A DNA stretch of 64,000 nucleotides. Source: Takakia lepidozioides (lineage: Eukaryota > Plantae > Bryophyta). How positions within the stretch are numbered: position 1 is the first letter of the stretch; the number at the start of each line of letters is the position of its first letter. The stretch covers positions 31,496,001 through 31,560,000 of the forward strand of contig CM060733.1 of assembly GCA_030704615.1 (NCBI GenBank). The letters run 5' to 3'. Made by a program: the position numbers and the translations under genes. Shown one piece after another: positions 1 to 12,860 of this stretch. Below the pieces are notes generated by a model that was not told where the DNA came from, did not search any database, and saw only the letters and a program-made list of their open reading frames with translations.

Positions 1-165
1 AATGATGCACCGCATTCCATTGTCCGACACTGAAATGCGGTTCATACATTTCCATGTCGGCATGGAAATGCGGCACCGCATTCCCTTGTCCGACATGGAA
101 ATGCGGTGCCGCATTTCGATGCCGACATGGAAATGCGGTGCCGCATTTCAATGTCCGACATGGCG
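1..165. repeat. Tandem array (~30 bp period) of the near-palindrome GAAATGCGG(C/T)(A/G)CCGCATTTC
   Basis: About five copies of CCGACATGGAAATGCGGYRCCGCATT. Confidence 0.8.
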
Positions 166-815
166 TTATTCTGGTATATTCTTGACAGATGACTCTCATA
201 CCGGTGACTCTGGTATATTCATCCGGACAGACAAATTGTTTGTGGTGAACATCAGTAGGGGCGGTACAATGGCTGCAATCGACTTTACCTGGAGGAGCCC
301 CATGACTCATGAGCTAGTTCTGAGAGCAGTCGAAGTCCCATTGACAACGTGACTTGTATTCAGTAGGCACAGGGCTAAAGAATTGATTGCACAATCAGCA
401 CAGTAGACGTGCTTCAAATGCAATTCATGTGGATCAATAAAAACCTCATTGTGCCCTCTTTTTATTCTATTCTGTGTCCATCGTTCCGAGAATGCGTCAT
501 TGCTCATTTCGTTTGGGATTGGGAGTGTGGGTGGATTTTGCAAGTGGCTGGTAGGCTGAAATGGGCCCCCATTGTACAGAGCAGTACCACCCTACCATTC
601 GCGAAACATTGCCTTTCAATATATAATTCTAAATAACATTGCCGAACCTCCTTCATCGGGAGGTCCTTCTCCCCCTATGACCGTGGCACCCTAAACCCTA
701 TTCCCGCGGACACTCATTTCCGGAAAATAGTGCTGCTCATGTTTTTTTCCACACTTACGACTCTGCTCATGGCTCATGCCGCTCATGGCTCATGGCTCAT
801 GAAATAGCAGCCCCC
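1..815. mobile_element. End of a Mutator-like element (subfamily C), nested in the transposase gene of another MULE
   Basis: Ends in ...GCTCATGGCTCATGAAATAGCAGCCCCC (815), the same terminus as at 61636 and the reverse complement of 16403. It is followed directly by mid-transposase sequence (GTTTGCATG.ATACGGGCTTGGTGG, cf. ~23003). Confidence 0.8.
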
Positions 816-2447
816 GTTTGCATGTATACGGGCTTGGTGGACATCGTCAGGTGCTGTAAGGAAATCAGACGAGGGAGCAATGGTCAGTTGGCTAGCATGG
901 TGGCATTATTGTTTCCTCCAGTTCGGCGACTATATGCGGGAGGTGAGTTGCACGAATTCGCGTCCCGTTGAATATTATTCTTGGCCATATTTGTAACTTG
1001 CTTGTAACCTCAACATGTGCTTGTGCAGGAAATGTGTCTCGACTCCGACACCGACATGCCCACGACAAACATGGCCGAATCAGTGCACTCTTCATGGCGT
1101 GCCTCCTCTGCGGCGCATCTGGTGGACATCCTCACTACCACAATGGAGGACATTGTGAGGTCAATTATGCAACAATGCAGGTACAACGAGTTCTTGAAAG
1201 GGAAACAGTGGGGCTTGGGGCCGGACAGGTAGGAAATGCTGATGCGGACTGCCTCTAGATCGAAGAATCCTCGGAAGTGGGCGGCGGCCTTGCGAGAGGG
1301 CCTTCGGGCCACGCCATTGCTGCGAAGAGACCAACATTTGGAAGGAGATGTTCATACCCGTCCAGTGAGACGAAGACTTGACGAGGCACCTGGCGGAGAA
1401 GAGGATTCATGGCGAGCTGACAAGAATATTCGCACGCTCCCTCATGGTCCGGTGATGTTGCCCGATGAGGTCTCGTCGAGCACCGCAAGTCCTGCACGTT
1501 CAAGATCGCCATCTCCTTTGAGCACAGGGCGCGTGCCCCGGCAACATAACGAGCCATCTGTAGTAAAACAGTACAACATTCCCATTGTGGAGACAAGAGT
1601 GTCGGAGTCACAGTGGAGAATTGCGAGGACATTGCCGGCATTTCGAGGGAAGTGTTGTGCCATCCGGGTGGATACGAGAGCACGCTGTGGTGAGATGATT
1701 CGGAGGAACCCACACGGTGCTGTACCTGCACCTTGTTTCAGCGGCAGATTTTTGACTCCCACATTTGCTCACGCCACAACGCAGACATTTTGGTTCTGTA
1801 GGCACGACATAATGACCTGTGTATTTGGCAAGCCCAAGTACGGGATTCAGGGAATGCCGGAGCCTCCGGGCGTCTGGCCTGTTGCACCGGGTTGCAGCCT
1901 CTCTCAGAATGAGGCGGATGCTCTATCTGCAGCAGGATTTCGAATGGTGCAATGCAAAGACATCCCGGCCCACGCATTTCCGGTTCCTCAGACCCAGCCA
2001 TTGCAGACTGCTCGGTCCAGTAGAGACGGATTGGACAATTCTGCACATCCCACAATGCGATTCGGAAGAGTGAAGAGACGACACCCTCCCAACAAGTTGA
2101 ATGAGACTCGGATTGCCAATGCTCTTGGGATGGCTTGCACTATTTAGAGCTCCGTGGACGTACCCCCACCTGGCCTTGGGCGTGTGTATCGGATAGCAAC
2201 GGCCGGCTCGGCTGTACGCGACAATGTATACACAATTACGATTGGAGTGGAGCCGACTTGCAATTGTACGGACTTCTCGTTGATGGAAGCAAAGAAGGGT
2301 TCGAAGTATTATCCGTGCAAGCATCTGTATTACATTTACCTGAAGAGGTTGAGGATGAACGTGACTATTGATGACTTTATTCATGCACCGGCGTTGAGTG
2401 TGAACGAGCTGCACAAACTCCTCCTTAGGGATTCCAGAAATCATTGA
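816..2447 (+). pseudogene. MULE (Mutator-like) transposase, C-terminal half with catalytic Glu and SWIM Zn finger
   Basis: GDYMRE|GT..AG intron 943-1028|EMCLDSDTDMPTTNMAESVH (catalytic E motif). SWIM motif YTITIGVEPTCNCTDF...PCKHLYYIY. In-frame TAG stops at 1230-1232 and 2145-2147, where the paralogue has Gln codons. Confidence 0.85.
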
Positions 2448-2599
2448 TGGGGCAAAGGGAATCCTCCATATGGATATTTTCAATTGCATTTTGCTGTATC
2501 AGACTTTTTTTTGCAGTGTAATGAAATGCCCCCCAAAACTCCTGGAATGAGGCAATATTTCATTCAAACTGAGATCCAACAAAAGCAGTTGTGGGGCCA

Positions 2600-2850
2600 T
2601 TTCTGGAAAAATGGCGCCGAATTTCTCTTTTTGGGGCCGAAAATTGGCTAAGTCCCAACATGCATTGGTACCTGTGTCTGGGAAAATGGCGCCGAATTTC
2701 TCTTTTTTGGGCCGAAAACTGGCTAAGTCCCAACATGCACTGGTACCGTGTCTGGAAAAATGGCGCCGAATTTCTCTTTTTTGGGCCGAAAACTGGCTAA
2801 GTCCCAACATGCACTGGTACAGTGTCTGGAAAAATGGCGCCGAATTACCT
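2600..2850. repeat. MULE subterminal tandem repeat, ~74 bp x 3.5
   Basis: TCTGGAAAAATGGCGCCGAATTTCTCTTTTTGGGCCGAAAACTGGCTAAGTCCCAACATGCACTGGTAC recurs at about 2602, 2677, 2751 and 2825. Confidence 0.9.
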
Positions 2851-3218
2851 GTCATGAGGGGACCTATAGCCACGGAATTCGGCACCATTTTTCGCCAGAG
2901 AGACCTATTACCGCGAAATACGTCGCCGTTTTTTCAGGTTACGGACCCTATTACCGCGAAATTCGGCGCCATATTTGCACATGTCGCTGGGAATTGGCAT
3001 GAGCGGAAGACGAAATATCATGAGCACAACTGTCAAAACTGCAATTTTCCCTTCAAGGGGCCGAATAATATATTTGTTTTTCCTGACACATTGCATTAAA
3101 TTATTGTTTTTTATTGTTTTTTATTTTCGAAATTTGTACTTCTGCTCATGAAAACCGATTGTCTTACTACTCCGCTCATGCCGCTCATGCCGCTCATGCT
3201 CATGAAATAGCAAACCTC

Positions 3219-6200
3219 GGCACTGACCATGAGTAAGGTAGTATCTGATTGGCCACTGCCAATCTAACCATTCATCTGCACTTCCTTGCACCTTCAATAC
3301 AAATAAACTCACATCATGTAACTGATCGTTTACTCCTGTGGCGGGCTCTCCTGTTGTTAGTCGTGACAAATGATCTGCCACAAGATGCAAACGGCCAGGC
3401 TTGTAAACAACTTCGAACTCAAACTCGTGCAAGATTATTAACCACCTCGCTATCCTTCCACTTATCAAAGGTTTGTTCACCAGATATATCAGAGCCTGGT
3501 GATCCACATAAAACATAAACTTTCTTCCCAATAGGTAATGCCTGAATTTCTTGACTGCATAAATCATTGCCAGTGATTCTCTTTCAGTTGTGCTATAGTT
3601 CCTTTCAGCACTGTTCATCAACCTGCTAGCATAGTACACAAGTGAATCTATATTTCCTGTAACATTCTGGGCTAACACTGCTCCCAACGCTTCTCCTGAG
3701 GCATCACAGTGAACATGAAATACTACATGCCAGTGAGGGTTAATCAGCACAGGTGTAGTTGTTACTGACAATGTAAGTTCCTCAAAAGCCTGTTGACATT
3801 CAGCTGTCCATGCAAACACTGCATCTTTTTTTAGAAGCTTGCTCAATGGTGCTGCTATCTATGCATACCTTTTGACAAATCTTCTGTAATAACTGGTTTG
3901 CCCAAGAAATCTCCTTAGACTCTTAACATTTACTGGTGGTGGAGAGGCTTTAATGGCCTCTGTCTTCCTGGGATCCACAAGAAGTCCCTTCTTACACACA
4001 ATGTGTCCCAGAAGCACCCCTGAGTTCACACAGAAAGTACACTTCTCTGGATTCAGGCCCAGAACTCTCATTATGCATCTGACCAAACATAACTCCAATT
4101 TATGCAAGTGCTCATTCTTAGAGCTGTACACACTGAAATCATCCAAGAACACATGCATGAAATCATCCAGATACTCATGAAAAGAATCACTTATCACTCT
4201 CTGAAAGGTTGCTGGTGCATTACAAAGTCCAAAGGGCATGACTTTGTATGCATAAGCACCCCAGTCTGTGATGGAAGCTGTCTTTCCCTGGTCTTCTTCT
4301 GCCACTTGCACTTGATTAAAACCACTGAAGCCATCCATGAATGAGTACATCTCATGGCCTGCCACAGTGTCCAATACTGCTTCTGTGAATGGCAAAGGGA
4401 AATGATCTTTCTTCGTACAAGCATTCAACTTCTTGTAGTTCACACAAACTCTTAGTTTACCATTCTTCTTGGGAACTATCACAATGGGTGACAACCAAGT
4501 TGTATACTCTATCGGGTATATAAACTTAGCCTCAGCCAACTTCTTGATCTCTTCTCCAACCTTCTGTGCATAGTTGGGATTCATTCTGTACCTTGCCTGT
4601 TTGATTGGTACTGATCCTGGTTCCAGTTCAATCTTATGCTGACAGATTTCAGGTGGTATCCCTTTTAGATCCTCATAGCTCCAAGCAAATACATCTCTGT
4701 ATTTGATGAACATACTCTTAGCTTCTTCAAAGAATTATGGCTCCAATTCAGCTCCTACCTTCACCATCCTCGGTTCCTCTTTAGTTCCCACATTCACTTC
4801 CCTCACCTGCTCATCAGCTGTGATTGTCCAACCAGTCACCACTTCATCCTGTAAACTCGCAGTGGCTGGTTCCTCTAGGATTTCCATTTCTCCTTCTCTT
4901 TCTTCATAGAAATGTGATGGGTAACTGCTGGTTTCCTCTTCAATTGGTGTTGCTGACACTACACCACAGCAGATACCTGTTAAACAACTTAGGTCTTCCA
5001 GCCGCATCTCTGCAACCTGCTCCTACTCTGGGTGTGCAGCAAACAGGGTAGCTTCTTGCTCCTCATCCAGTCCTCCTCTCCAGTCATACTCTCTGACCCC
5101 TCGAGGTCTTCTCGTAGCAGGTAATCTACTAGATTTCTTTGTGGTTATTTGTATCTCGTGCATTCCATTATGCACGGTTAGTAACTGAGAATTCCAGTCA
5201 TGGAATACGCTGGCCTGTTTCAGCCACGGACGTCCCAATAATAAGGAGTAAGCCTCCATGACTTCATCCATTTTCAACACAGTTATTGTGATCATAAAGA
5301 TCATCTTCTGTATCTGTATCTTAACTCCTCTTATCAATCCCAATGGTTGTACACTCCTTTGATCTGCCATTGTTACTGTAAATGGGGCTGGTTTCATGTT
5401 ACTTAGACCAAGCTTCTTTCTCAATTGGTCTGTCATGATATTTACTCCAGAGCCTCCATCTATCAGTACATCAGTTAGTTCTGTGCTTCCAATTCTCAAT
5501 TGGATTACTGGCATAGAATCATCAAAGTGCATGATTGTTTCTTGCCCTTCCGGCTTCACATTATAACTGGTCACCTTGCTGTTCAGGTCTGTGTTTCCTG
5601 TCACATGGGCAATTTGATTGATTGCTTGATACAGCCTGTGTCTACAATAAGGTGCCACAGCCAATAGCTGTCCAATGGTAATCTCTGCTTTGGTATGGCA
5701 TATTACTTCAGCCAGAGTCCCTTCATTACTTTGCATGTCTGCATCTTCTTTCTTCCTTTCATCCTCACTCACTTCTTCTTCTCCATCAGAATCAGAGGAA
5801 TCTGCCACAGGAATATCAGTACTCTTCTGCATTTCCCTTATGGTATCTGCCACTTCCTTGTGTAGTTCATTCTCATCTCTCCAAGCCTCATCATCTTCAG
5901 GCATATCACTGCCACCTTCATTATCATCATCTTCCTCAACTACTGGAGGTATTAGTTTGGCTTTGCTTCTTGTTACTATCATTGTACTTATTTCTGGTAC
6001 AACACATGGCCTAACCATGTGAGCTGCCACCACTGGGCCCTCATTCACAGGAGCTCTCATCTCATTCTGGTGTCTAATCCAGAATGAACAGGCTGCCTTG
6101 CGATGTCCTGGCTGATTACAATAGTAACATAGTTCTTCACCATTGGGTCCTCGCCCTTGGTCTGCTCTTGGATTATTTCTGTAATCCTGATTCCCGGGCT

Positions 6201-8025
6201 GGTAATTCCCCCTTGGATTACCCTGATAGTTGCCTCTAGAATTTCCTTGGTAATTCCCTCTTGAATTACCTCTCCCTTCCATGCCATTGTTATAACCACC
6301 AGGCCTACCATAGTGGTCCTGATCACTGTTTCTTCTTGGCTGGGGCTGCACTTGATGCACCCTTACTTGCCTAGGTTCTCTTGCAGCTGTCCTTCTGTTG
6401 TAGTTACAATTCTCAGTAGAATGGTTATCCATTTTACAGATAGTACAGTGTTTCTCCTTCATGTGGCATTCAGTGGTGGTATGGCCTTCATTCTGGCACT
6501 TTGCACACCAAACACCCTTCCTCCAATGTGTTGCAGCCTCTGTGGCATACTTCTTCAAGATTTCTTCTAATCTTTTCTCATAGTTGTCCCTCTTCAACTT
6601 CTCTTTTCTCTTACTCTTCCTTTTCAGTTCTTGCTCTTCTTCTTCATCTGACTCATCCTCAGAGTCCTCATCATCCCTTTTCTCTCTCCTGAGCATTCCC
6701 AATTGCTCAATTCTGTTTGCAGTTTCAAATGCCTCCTCCACTGTATTATGGGGTAACATATCCACTTTCTTCTGCAACTCTGGTCTTAGTCCACTCACAA
6801 ACCAAGTCTTCTATAAACCTGGTGCTGGTACAGCAGCCAGCTTTTTCATCATCAATTCCATCTTTTCCATATACTCCTCAACAGTTTCATGCTTCTTTTG
6901 CTTTAACTGTTGTAAACTTCCATACACTTCATCCTCAGTTTTACTTGTCCTGAACCTATTTCGGAATGCTGTATTCAAGCCATTCCAGGTTAGGAAATGA
7001 TTATCAGGAAATCTTGCATACCATTCACTTGCTTTCTTGATAAGTGAACAAGGAAACAATCTCATCTTGGCATCATCGCCATTCTCATTGTTCACTATAC
7101 ACATGTGCTCAAATTGGCTAATGTGTACATCGGGATCCCCTTTTCCTGAATATATTGGAAAAGGTGGTTTTTCCCGTGTTGGTTGTAACGCCATCTGTGG
7201 CCCTACCTTCTGCCCACTGACAGGTGCTTGCACCATTGCTGGTGCTGGTCCTTCAGGACCTGTTGTAGTTGTGGTGGATCTTCCACCAAGTGGTGGCCCT
7301 TGAGCACTCTCTGCTACTGGCCCCATGATATTCACAGTATTCCCAGCTCCAGTTGCACTACTTCCCACACTCCCTGTCCCCCCAGAGCCAGATCCAGGCA
7401 GCCCGCCTGATCCCCCTGAGCCGACACCTTCGTTGGCCTGTGATCCAAGTGCTCCACTTGATCCAGGTCCAACGGGTTGGGATGTCCTGGTTGTAGTCTC
7501 AACCTCAGCTGTTGGGTCTACTTCTTCATACTCTTCCTCTTCCAATTTCTTCTCTCTATTTTCATCCTCTAAGTTCTGCCCTTGGGTTTCTTCTTCACTC
7601 ATGTAACTCAACTGCAATGGTGTTGGAGAGTCTGAACTCTCTGTTGGATCTGCCACATCCTCTCCTCCTTCTTCACCTTCCGCTTCAGAAACTGGAGTTC
7701 CTGCTTTTGGTGTTCCATGCCAACTCTTATCAAAGATTTATGTCAAATCTTTTATCCAGGGATGTACTTCAGATCTTTCACCTCGTGATTGATCTTCTTC
7801 CCGTACCAATTCCCTTAATCTTTCTTGCAAAGAAAAAGAAGGAGTGGCATCCAACTCTAGTTCTTCCGGTATGGGTGATGTACTCTCTGATCTCAATGGC
7901 GTGAGCGGTCCAGATGATTCCCCTATGTCTATTCCTCTCTCCCAAAGATATGGATAATTAGCTTTCAGATAGCTTTCTCTTTTTGCGGAATATCTCTGGC
8001 GTCTAGCTTCTCTTTCATCACTCAT
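3219..8025 (-). pseudogene. Gypsy gag-pol (gag, protease, RT, RNase H), disrupted
   Basis: ORF pieces 7738-8025, 6811-7656, 5023-6798, 4735-5007, 3859-4713 and 3121-3846 are colinear with the less disrupted copy at 44945-51046. It has one frameshift and several nonsense changes. Confidence 0.92.
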
Positions 8026-8046
8026 GTCCCATGTCTTTCATTTCTT

Positions 8047-8742
8047 TTAATGTGGCAATAACCAAAACTCTCTTCTGTAATATCTCTCGTATATGCCTGG
8101 GTTTCTTTCAAGCTTCAATGCACCCTTGGCTATACTAGAAGTCTCCGTTATCACATAACCATATGGCAAACAAGTCTGGAAAGTTGTTCTTGGTGTGAGT
8201 TTGATCCACAAAATATCCTTTGGAATCCAATTCTTTACCAGTACAAGCTCTTCATGCATATGAGTATAAACATTCACCTTTCTTTCCTCCCAACCTTCAA
8301 ACTCTACTCGCTTAATGGATAGCAATGCTATCACATAAACCAGTGTTGGTAACCAACGTGCTCTTCCTCTACAGGGCACCTGGTAAATCTTTATCACTCC
8401 TTTCTCCAGACCCCATTCAGGGTCAGCATCATGCACTCTCTTAAGAATGTTTTCTTTACAACCGTCTGGCAATTCCAAGAACCTCTGAAAGAATCGTTTG
8501 GACAATCTTTCCTTCTCAGTTTCACAAGGAATTTGATTCACATCAAATTCTTTAATTCTCCAACCACCATGATCCCACCAGATGCCTGTCACATCTGGTT
8601 GTTCTTGACCCAGTTCCCCAGTATGGTCGCCAAATGTCGCACGGCTTATACTCACCCATCCCTTCGCTATCCGAGGCGGGAACTCCAAGATAGAAGAGTT
8701 GGAAATCTCTAAGCACTCAGCCCGCTCAGAACAATCAGTCAT
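8047..8742 (-). CDS. Gypsy extra 5' ORF (ORF0), 231 aa, unknown function
   Basis: Open and the same length as 51068-51763, with visible synonymous differences. The ATG lies inside the LTR. Confidence 0.7.
   Translation of the reverse strand: MTDCSERAECLEISNSSILEFPPRIAKGWVSISRATFGDHTGELGQEQPDVTGIWWDHGGWRIKEFDVNQIPCETEKERLSKRFFQRFLELPDGCKENILKRVHDADPEWGLEKGVIKIYQVPCRGRARWLPTLVYVIALLSIKRVEFEGWEERKVNVYTHMHEELVLVKNWIPKDILWIKLTPRTTFQTCLPYGYVITETSSIAKGALKLERNPGIYERYYRREFWLLPH
8615..8632 (-). promoter_or_regulatory. Primer-binding site TGGCGACCATACTGGGGA
   Basis: Starts with TGG, 2 nt after the LTR's terminal CA. It resembles the tRNA-Arg-type PBS of Tat/Ogre elements. Confidence 0.8.
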
Positions 8743-9564
8743 GACCTACAGCTAGTGTATCATGGGGGTGTTTCCTATTTGTTTTCCTTCCCGCATTCAT
8801 GTTAGCTAGTTACCTTACTGTTGGTATTTAAGTATCAGTTTGCTTCAGCAATCTATCGGATTCCATCAACTCATCCATTCATTCCACAGCTTCACTCAGA
8901 TTTCTCTACACAGTGTGAGTAGGAAGTATGTATCAGATTAATATCTATCAAGTATCAGGCTGAAGCCATGGAGTCTCTAATCTGCTCTACATTACAACTC
9001 TACTGCTTGCATTCATCAAGCATCAACAGATCGTTCTCCTCCTTCGTCGTGCTCTCCCTCCTCTGCTCAGAGATGCGCTCTCTGCTTCATGTCCCCCCAA
9101 GAAGTGATCCCTTTCCAGTCCTCGCTCCTGGCTTTAACTTCCTACCCGTTGTTCTAACCGTTTCCCTCACTAACCGTCATCCGTGAACTAACATGTTCCA
9201 TTCGCAGATGTTGTTCCCCACAGTCGTTCCCTGTCCTGCTATTCGTTCCCTATGGTCGTGACAGCTGTGTCAAGCTGTGACTGGCTGTGTGAAACTGTGA
9301 CTGGCTGTGCGACTGTGTTGGGCTGTGATGGCTGTGTCTGGCTGTGGCGGCTGTGACGGGTTGTGTTGGCTATGAAGGGCTGTGTCGGACTGTGACTGGC
9401 TGTGTTGGCTGTGACGAGCTGTGTCGGCTGTGACGGGCTATGTATCCCCCCCTAAAGTGTGCTGCTGTCACCCCTAAGGCTCCTGTTGGTCTCAGTCTGT
9501 GCAAAAATTAAGGGTACCCCACAGATCCCGTAAAAGTGCCTAAGTCCCAGATAGTCCTCTAACA
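8635..9564 (-). repeat. 5' LTR of Gypsy copy 1 (~930 bp)
   Basis: TG...CA termini (minus strand: TGTTAGAGG...GCGACA). Homologous to 37085-38140 and 51656-52599, with an internal GGCTGTG array at ~9255-9445. Confidence 0.9.
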
Positions 9565-12500
9565 ACTCTCTTGTCAATATTTGATGTCAGGTCCTCCACC
9601 TGAGTCTATAGACCGTCTACATCCTCTTGTAGCTCTGCTATCCTACTATAGACATTGTCTATAGTAGTTGTGGCAATGTTCTACACCTGCAGCCTGAGCT
9701 CATTCATCTCGGCTTGGGTGAGCTTCCGTGGTGCTTTGCCTTCCACCGGTCCTTGTGCTAACTAGACCTGGAGAAGGTGGTTATCCACCAAGTTGGTTGT
9801 GGCACCTCTGAGAGTCTGCTCCTCTCTGAGTTTGTACATATCTAACTGCTGCTGTAAAGCCTCTATGCGCTTCGCATGAGGTTCAACCAAACTCGCATAG
9901 GCAGCAGCCAGAATATTGGCTTCTTTCCAAGCCTTGTTAGCCACAGAGAGTTCATTTGTATTGGCCATGAGCGTTTATTGCAATTCCAGGATGTACCTCT
10001 CTTGGTTAGCTTCAACCTGCCTGTATTACTTGAAAGTATTCTCATTGCGACAGATTGTATTTTTCATATCAATAATGAGTTTTGTCTGCTCGACATTATC
10101 TGCCTGTGCCTATATACATCTTTTCGCTTGGTTGTTAACCTCTTTTGTAGTTTGCTCAAGCGTAGTTGTGAGTGTAGCACATTGTATGACCATCCTGTCA
10201 TGTACTGTCTGCAACTCCGTATGTAGTGCATTTAGTTCTTGCAACTTGCTCTCATGTTTCACGTGCATTTGGTATAGCTGTTGCTTATTTGCTTCGTGCA
10301 ACTGGTCCTGCGCGAGGCCTGCTTCAATCAAATATTCCTTGGCCAACTGCAAAGCAGCTGTTGTATCCTCTAACTCTTGCTGTAACTTGATAGTGACCTC
10401 CTCATCAACCTTGTTTGCACACTTAGTGGCAAGTTGAGCCTCAAACTCCTTTCTGAGTTCCTCCCTCAAAGCTGCCAATTGGGTAGATAGAACATGGGAT
10501 TTCACATAAGTGCCCAACAAATTAAGTGTCATGCTTATGGAACTCATAAGCATGGCCTGCTGAGGGTCATCATGGTGAGCTTGTTGTTGTTCTCCCTGAT
10601 CCTCAACAGTGTGATGCCTGACGAACCATTCAGGCCATTGCCCTACCAGATTTTCTTCCTGAACCACCTCATCCACCACAGGTGCTGCAGTGTCTTGATA
10701 TTCTCTCCCTTGTACCTCCATCACAGGTGTGGTTATTACATGCACAGCAGGGTTTCCCCTGGACACTCGCTGCACCTCTGGAATCATTGTTTCCCTTATC
10801 AAGCCAGAATTTTCATAAAGAAGGTCACCCTTCTCAATTTCAGCCACGACCTGTTCTGTAGTGGGAATGTTTAATCTTTCTCCTTCTTGAGCAATTGGGG
10901 GTGATGTCACAACATATACTAATTGCGGACGAGATGAAGAGGTTATAGGGCACTACTGCAAAGTCTCCGATCATTGTTTCTGGTCCAATCATTGCTCAAA
11001 TAATTCTTGATTCTTGCATACTTGATACTCGGGAGAGAAAATAGATGGGAGTGTTTGAAACAGAAACCACTGCAATTGAAGAGCAAGGCTCTTCACACAG
11101 TGAGGGTGGACTGGCAGTGCAACCCCAGTCTAAGAGACAGAGGCGGGGAAAGACTGTAGTGGCGGATCCACTGGCTTCACGGAAACCGCATGATAATGTT
11201 TCCCAAGCTCTTGTGCAGGATGGGGCACAGCAGCACAGAGAGCTGCTATTATTGGAAGCAGGGCCTTCAGAGAGGAAAGAGGAAGTCACTTCGATGTCAT
11301 AGCCACCACAGCCAATTGACTCCATTGTTTTAGAGGTGGGCTTTGGTACAAGCAAAACCTTGAGTTTTAAAGAAACTCCCTTCTTGGAACAAATTCCCTA
11401 TCTGCAATCTTGCCCTGTGCTCATCCACCTCCACATGTCTTGATGGCAAATCAAATAGTTGCTGCAGGTAATGGGGAGTAATTTCTATATCTACTCCCCT
11501 CACCCGAGTAACTCCTGTCCGAGGCTCAAAGTTTTGAAGGAATTGTATCATGAACTGCCGATGATGCAAGGACCAGTCCTTGCGTAGCAATCCCTCCAAT
11601 CGCAGCTCCTTCAGAACCGCTTGTGGTGCAGCGATCGTTTGCTTCTGTAAGATTGTGGTGCTTTTCACCTTGATATCTTCCATTCCTCTCACTCTCTTCA
11701 TTATGGACAAACAGACAGGTTTTGGTTGCAACAATTGAAGAAACCCCTGCAAGGCACAAAGCATAAAAGTATGGTTGGCGCAAAATGAAATGGGTAAGTG
11801 CTTGTAAGTCTGCGGGGCTTGCAAGTAGCGATTTAGAGAAAATGTACTCTCCATTCGTCTATCCTTGTGCCACTGCGTAAGTAGTAAGGCGAGCGTGTAG
11901 TCTATTATTTCCGCCATAGCTTCAAAGCTATAGCTTTGATTGTCTCTCCTGACGAGATGCCAGTTACTTGGAACGACGCCGACTCTTGCGCTCAAAATCC
12001 TTCTAATTTCTTGATTTCGCTTCTTGGAAAATACCTTCTGCACGTAATTCTGGCTCATGATTGGCTGTTGGCTGTGTGATTTGTTTTGTAATTTAATTTC
12101 CTTCCATGGATTTTCCACTCTGGACTGTCCACTAGGATAGTACAAGTGACATGGATTTCGTTTTTCGGTACTTTTAAAGGGTTCCGTTACCCTTTCCCTG
12201 TATGCATTAATGGGCCCATAATAAGTTAATGTGCCGAGTACGTACTTTGATGGCCAATTTTGTCTTCTTCCTTGATGACACTTGCCTTTGCAATCCATGT
12301 CCGGCTGTGTGTCTCGCCCTGGCGTCCACGTGTCTATTTTTAAACGTGCCTCCGTCCACTTTTCCGCCGGCCACTCTCCGGATGTTAACCCATGTCCACC
12401 TGTCACTGATCCTATGGATTGTGTAACCCCAGTAGGCTGTGTTGAGCTATGACAGGTTGTGTCATACTGTGGTACACTGTGATAGGCTGTGTTGCAATGT

Positions 12501-12685
12501 GGTAAGCTGTGACAGGCTGTGACACGTTGTGGTAGGTTGTGATAGGCTGTGTGACACTGTGATGGGCTGTGATAGGCTGTGTCGCGCCGTGATGGGCTGT
12601 GATAGGCTGTGCCACACTTGTACTGCCCGCCCTGGTCATATACGCTCGGCCTAGCGACAAGTGCTCCATACTCCGTTGGTATCAC
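9565..12685 (-). pseudogene. Gypsy ORF3 (post-integrase extra ORF), degenerate, with an internal inversion
   Basis: Pieces 11330-12685, 10110-10910 and 9762-9968 align with 40788-45017. The segment at about 10892-11318 is on the opposite strand. Confidence 0.8.
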
Positions 12686-12860
12686 TGGCGCAGCCCGTGA
12701 CTGCTTCTACGTTTCAACATGCAAATCATGCTGCAAATGGTTTGTAATGGATACCACTGTACCCCTTCAACTTATTGGCATTGACTCTTCCCAGCATCTC
12801 TTTGTTAATGGTTTGTAACATGGCGGTGTTGTTATCATACATCTTCTGTATGACATAAGG

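Larger units (their letters stand above)
816..3218 (+). mobile_element. 3' part of a full-type MULE (subfamily A), inserted in Gypsy copy 1
   Basis: Contains the transposase C-terminal half, subterminal repeats and the terminus GCTCATGAAATAGCAAACCTC (3218). Gypsy pol sequence follows directly (GGCACTGACCATGAGTAAGG, cf. 13952). Confidence 0.9.
3219..9564 (-). mobile_element. Ty3/Gypsy LTR retrotransposon copy 1 (5' LTR to RNase H; remainder outside the window)
   Basis: LTR, PBS, ORF0, gag, PR (LIDGGSG), RT (VFLDDF) and RH (CDAS...ERE...VDH) are present. The right flank is ORF3 of Gypsy copy 2. Confidence 0.95.

Noticed and set aside
689-700. Telomeric repeat CCCTAAACCCTA
   Set aside because: There are fewer than two units, and it is part of the MULE subterminal sequence.
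3121-3218. HEHERHER peptide at the ends of several ORFs
   Set aside because: This is read-through into the CATGAGCGG repeats of the MULE terminus.
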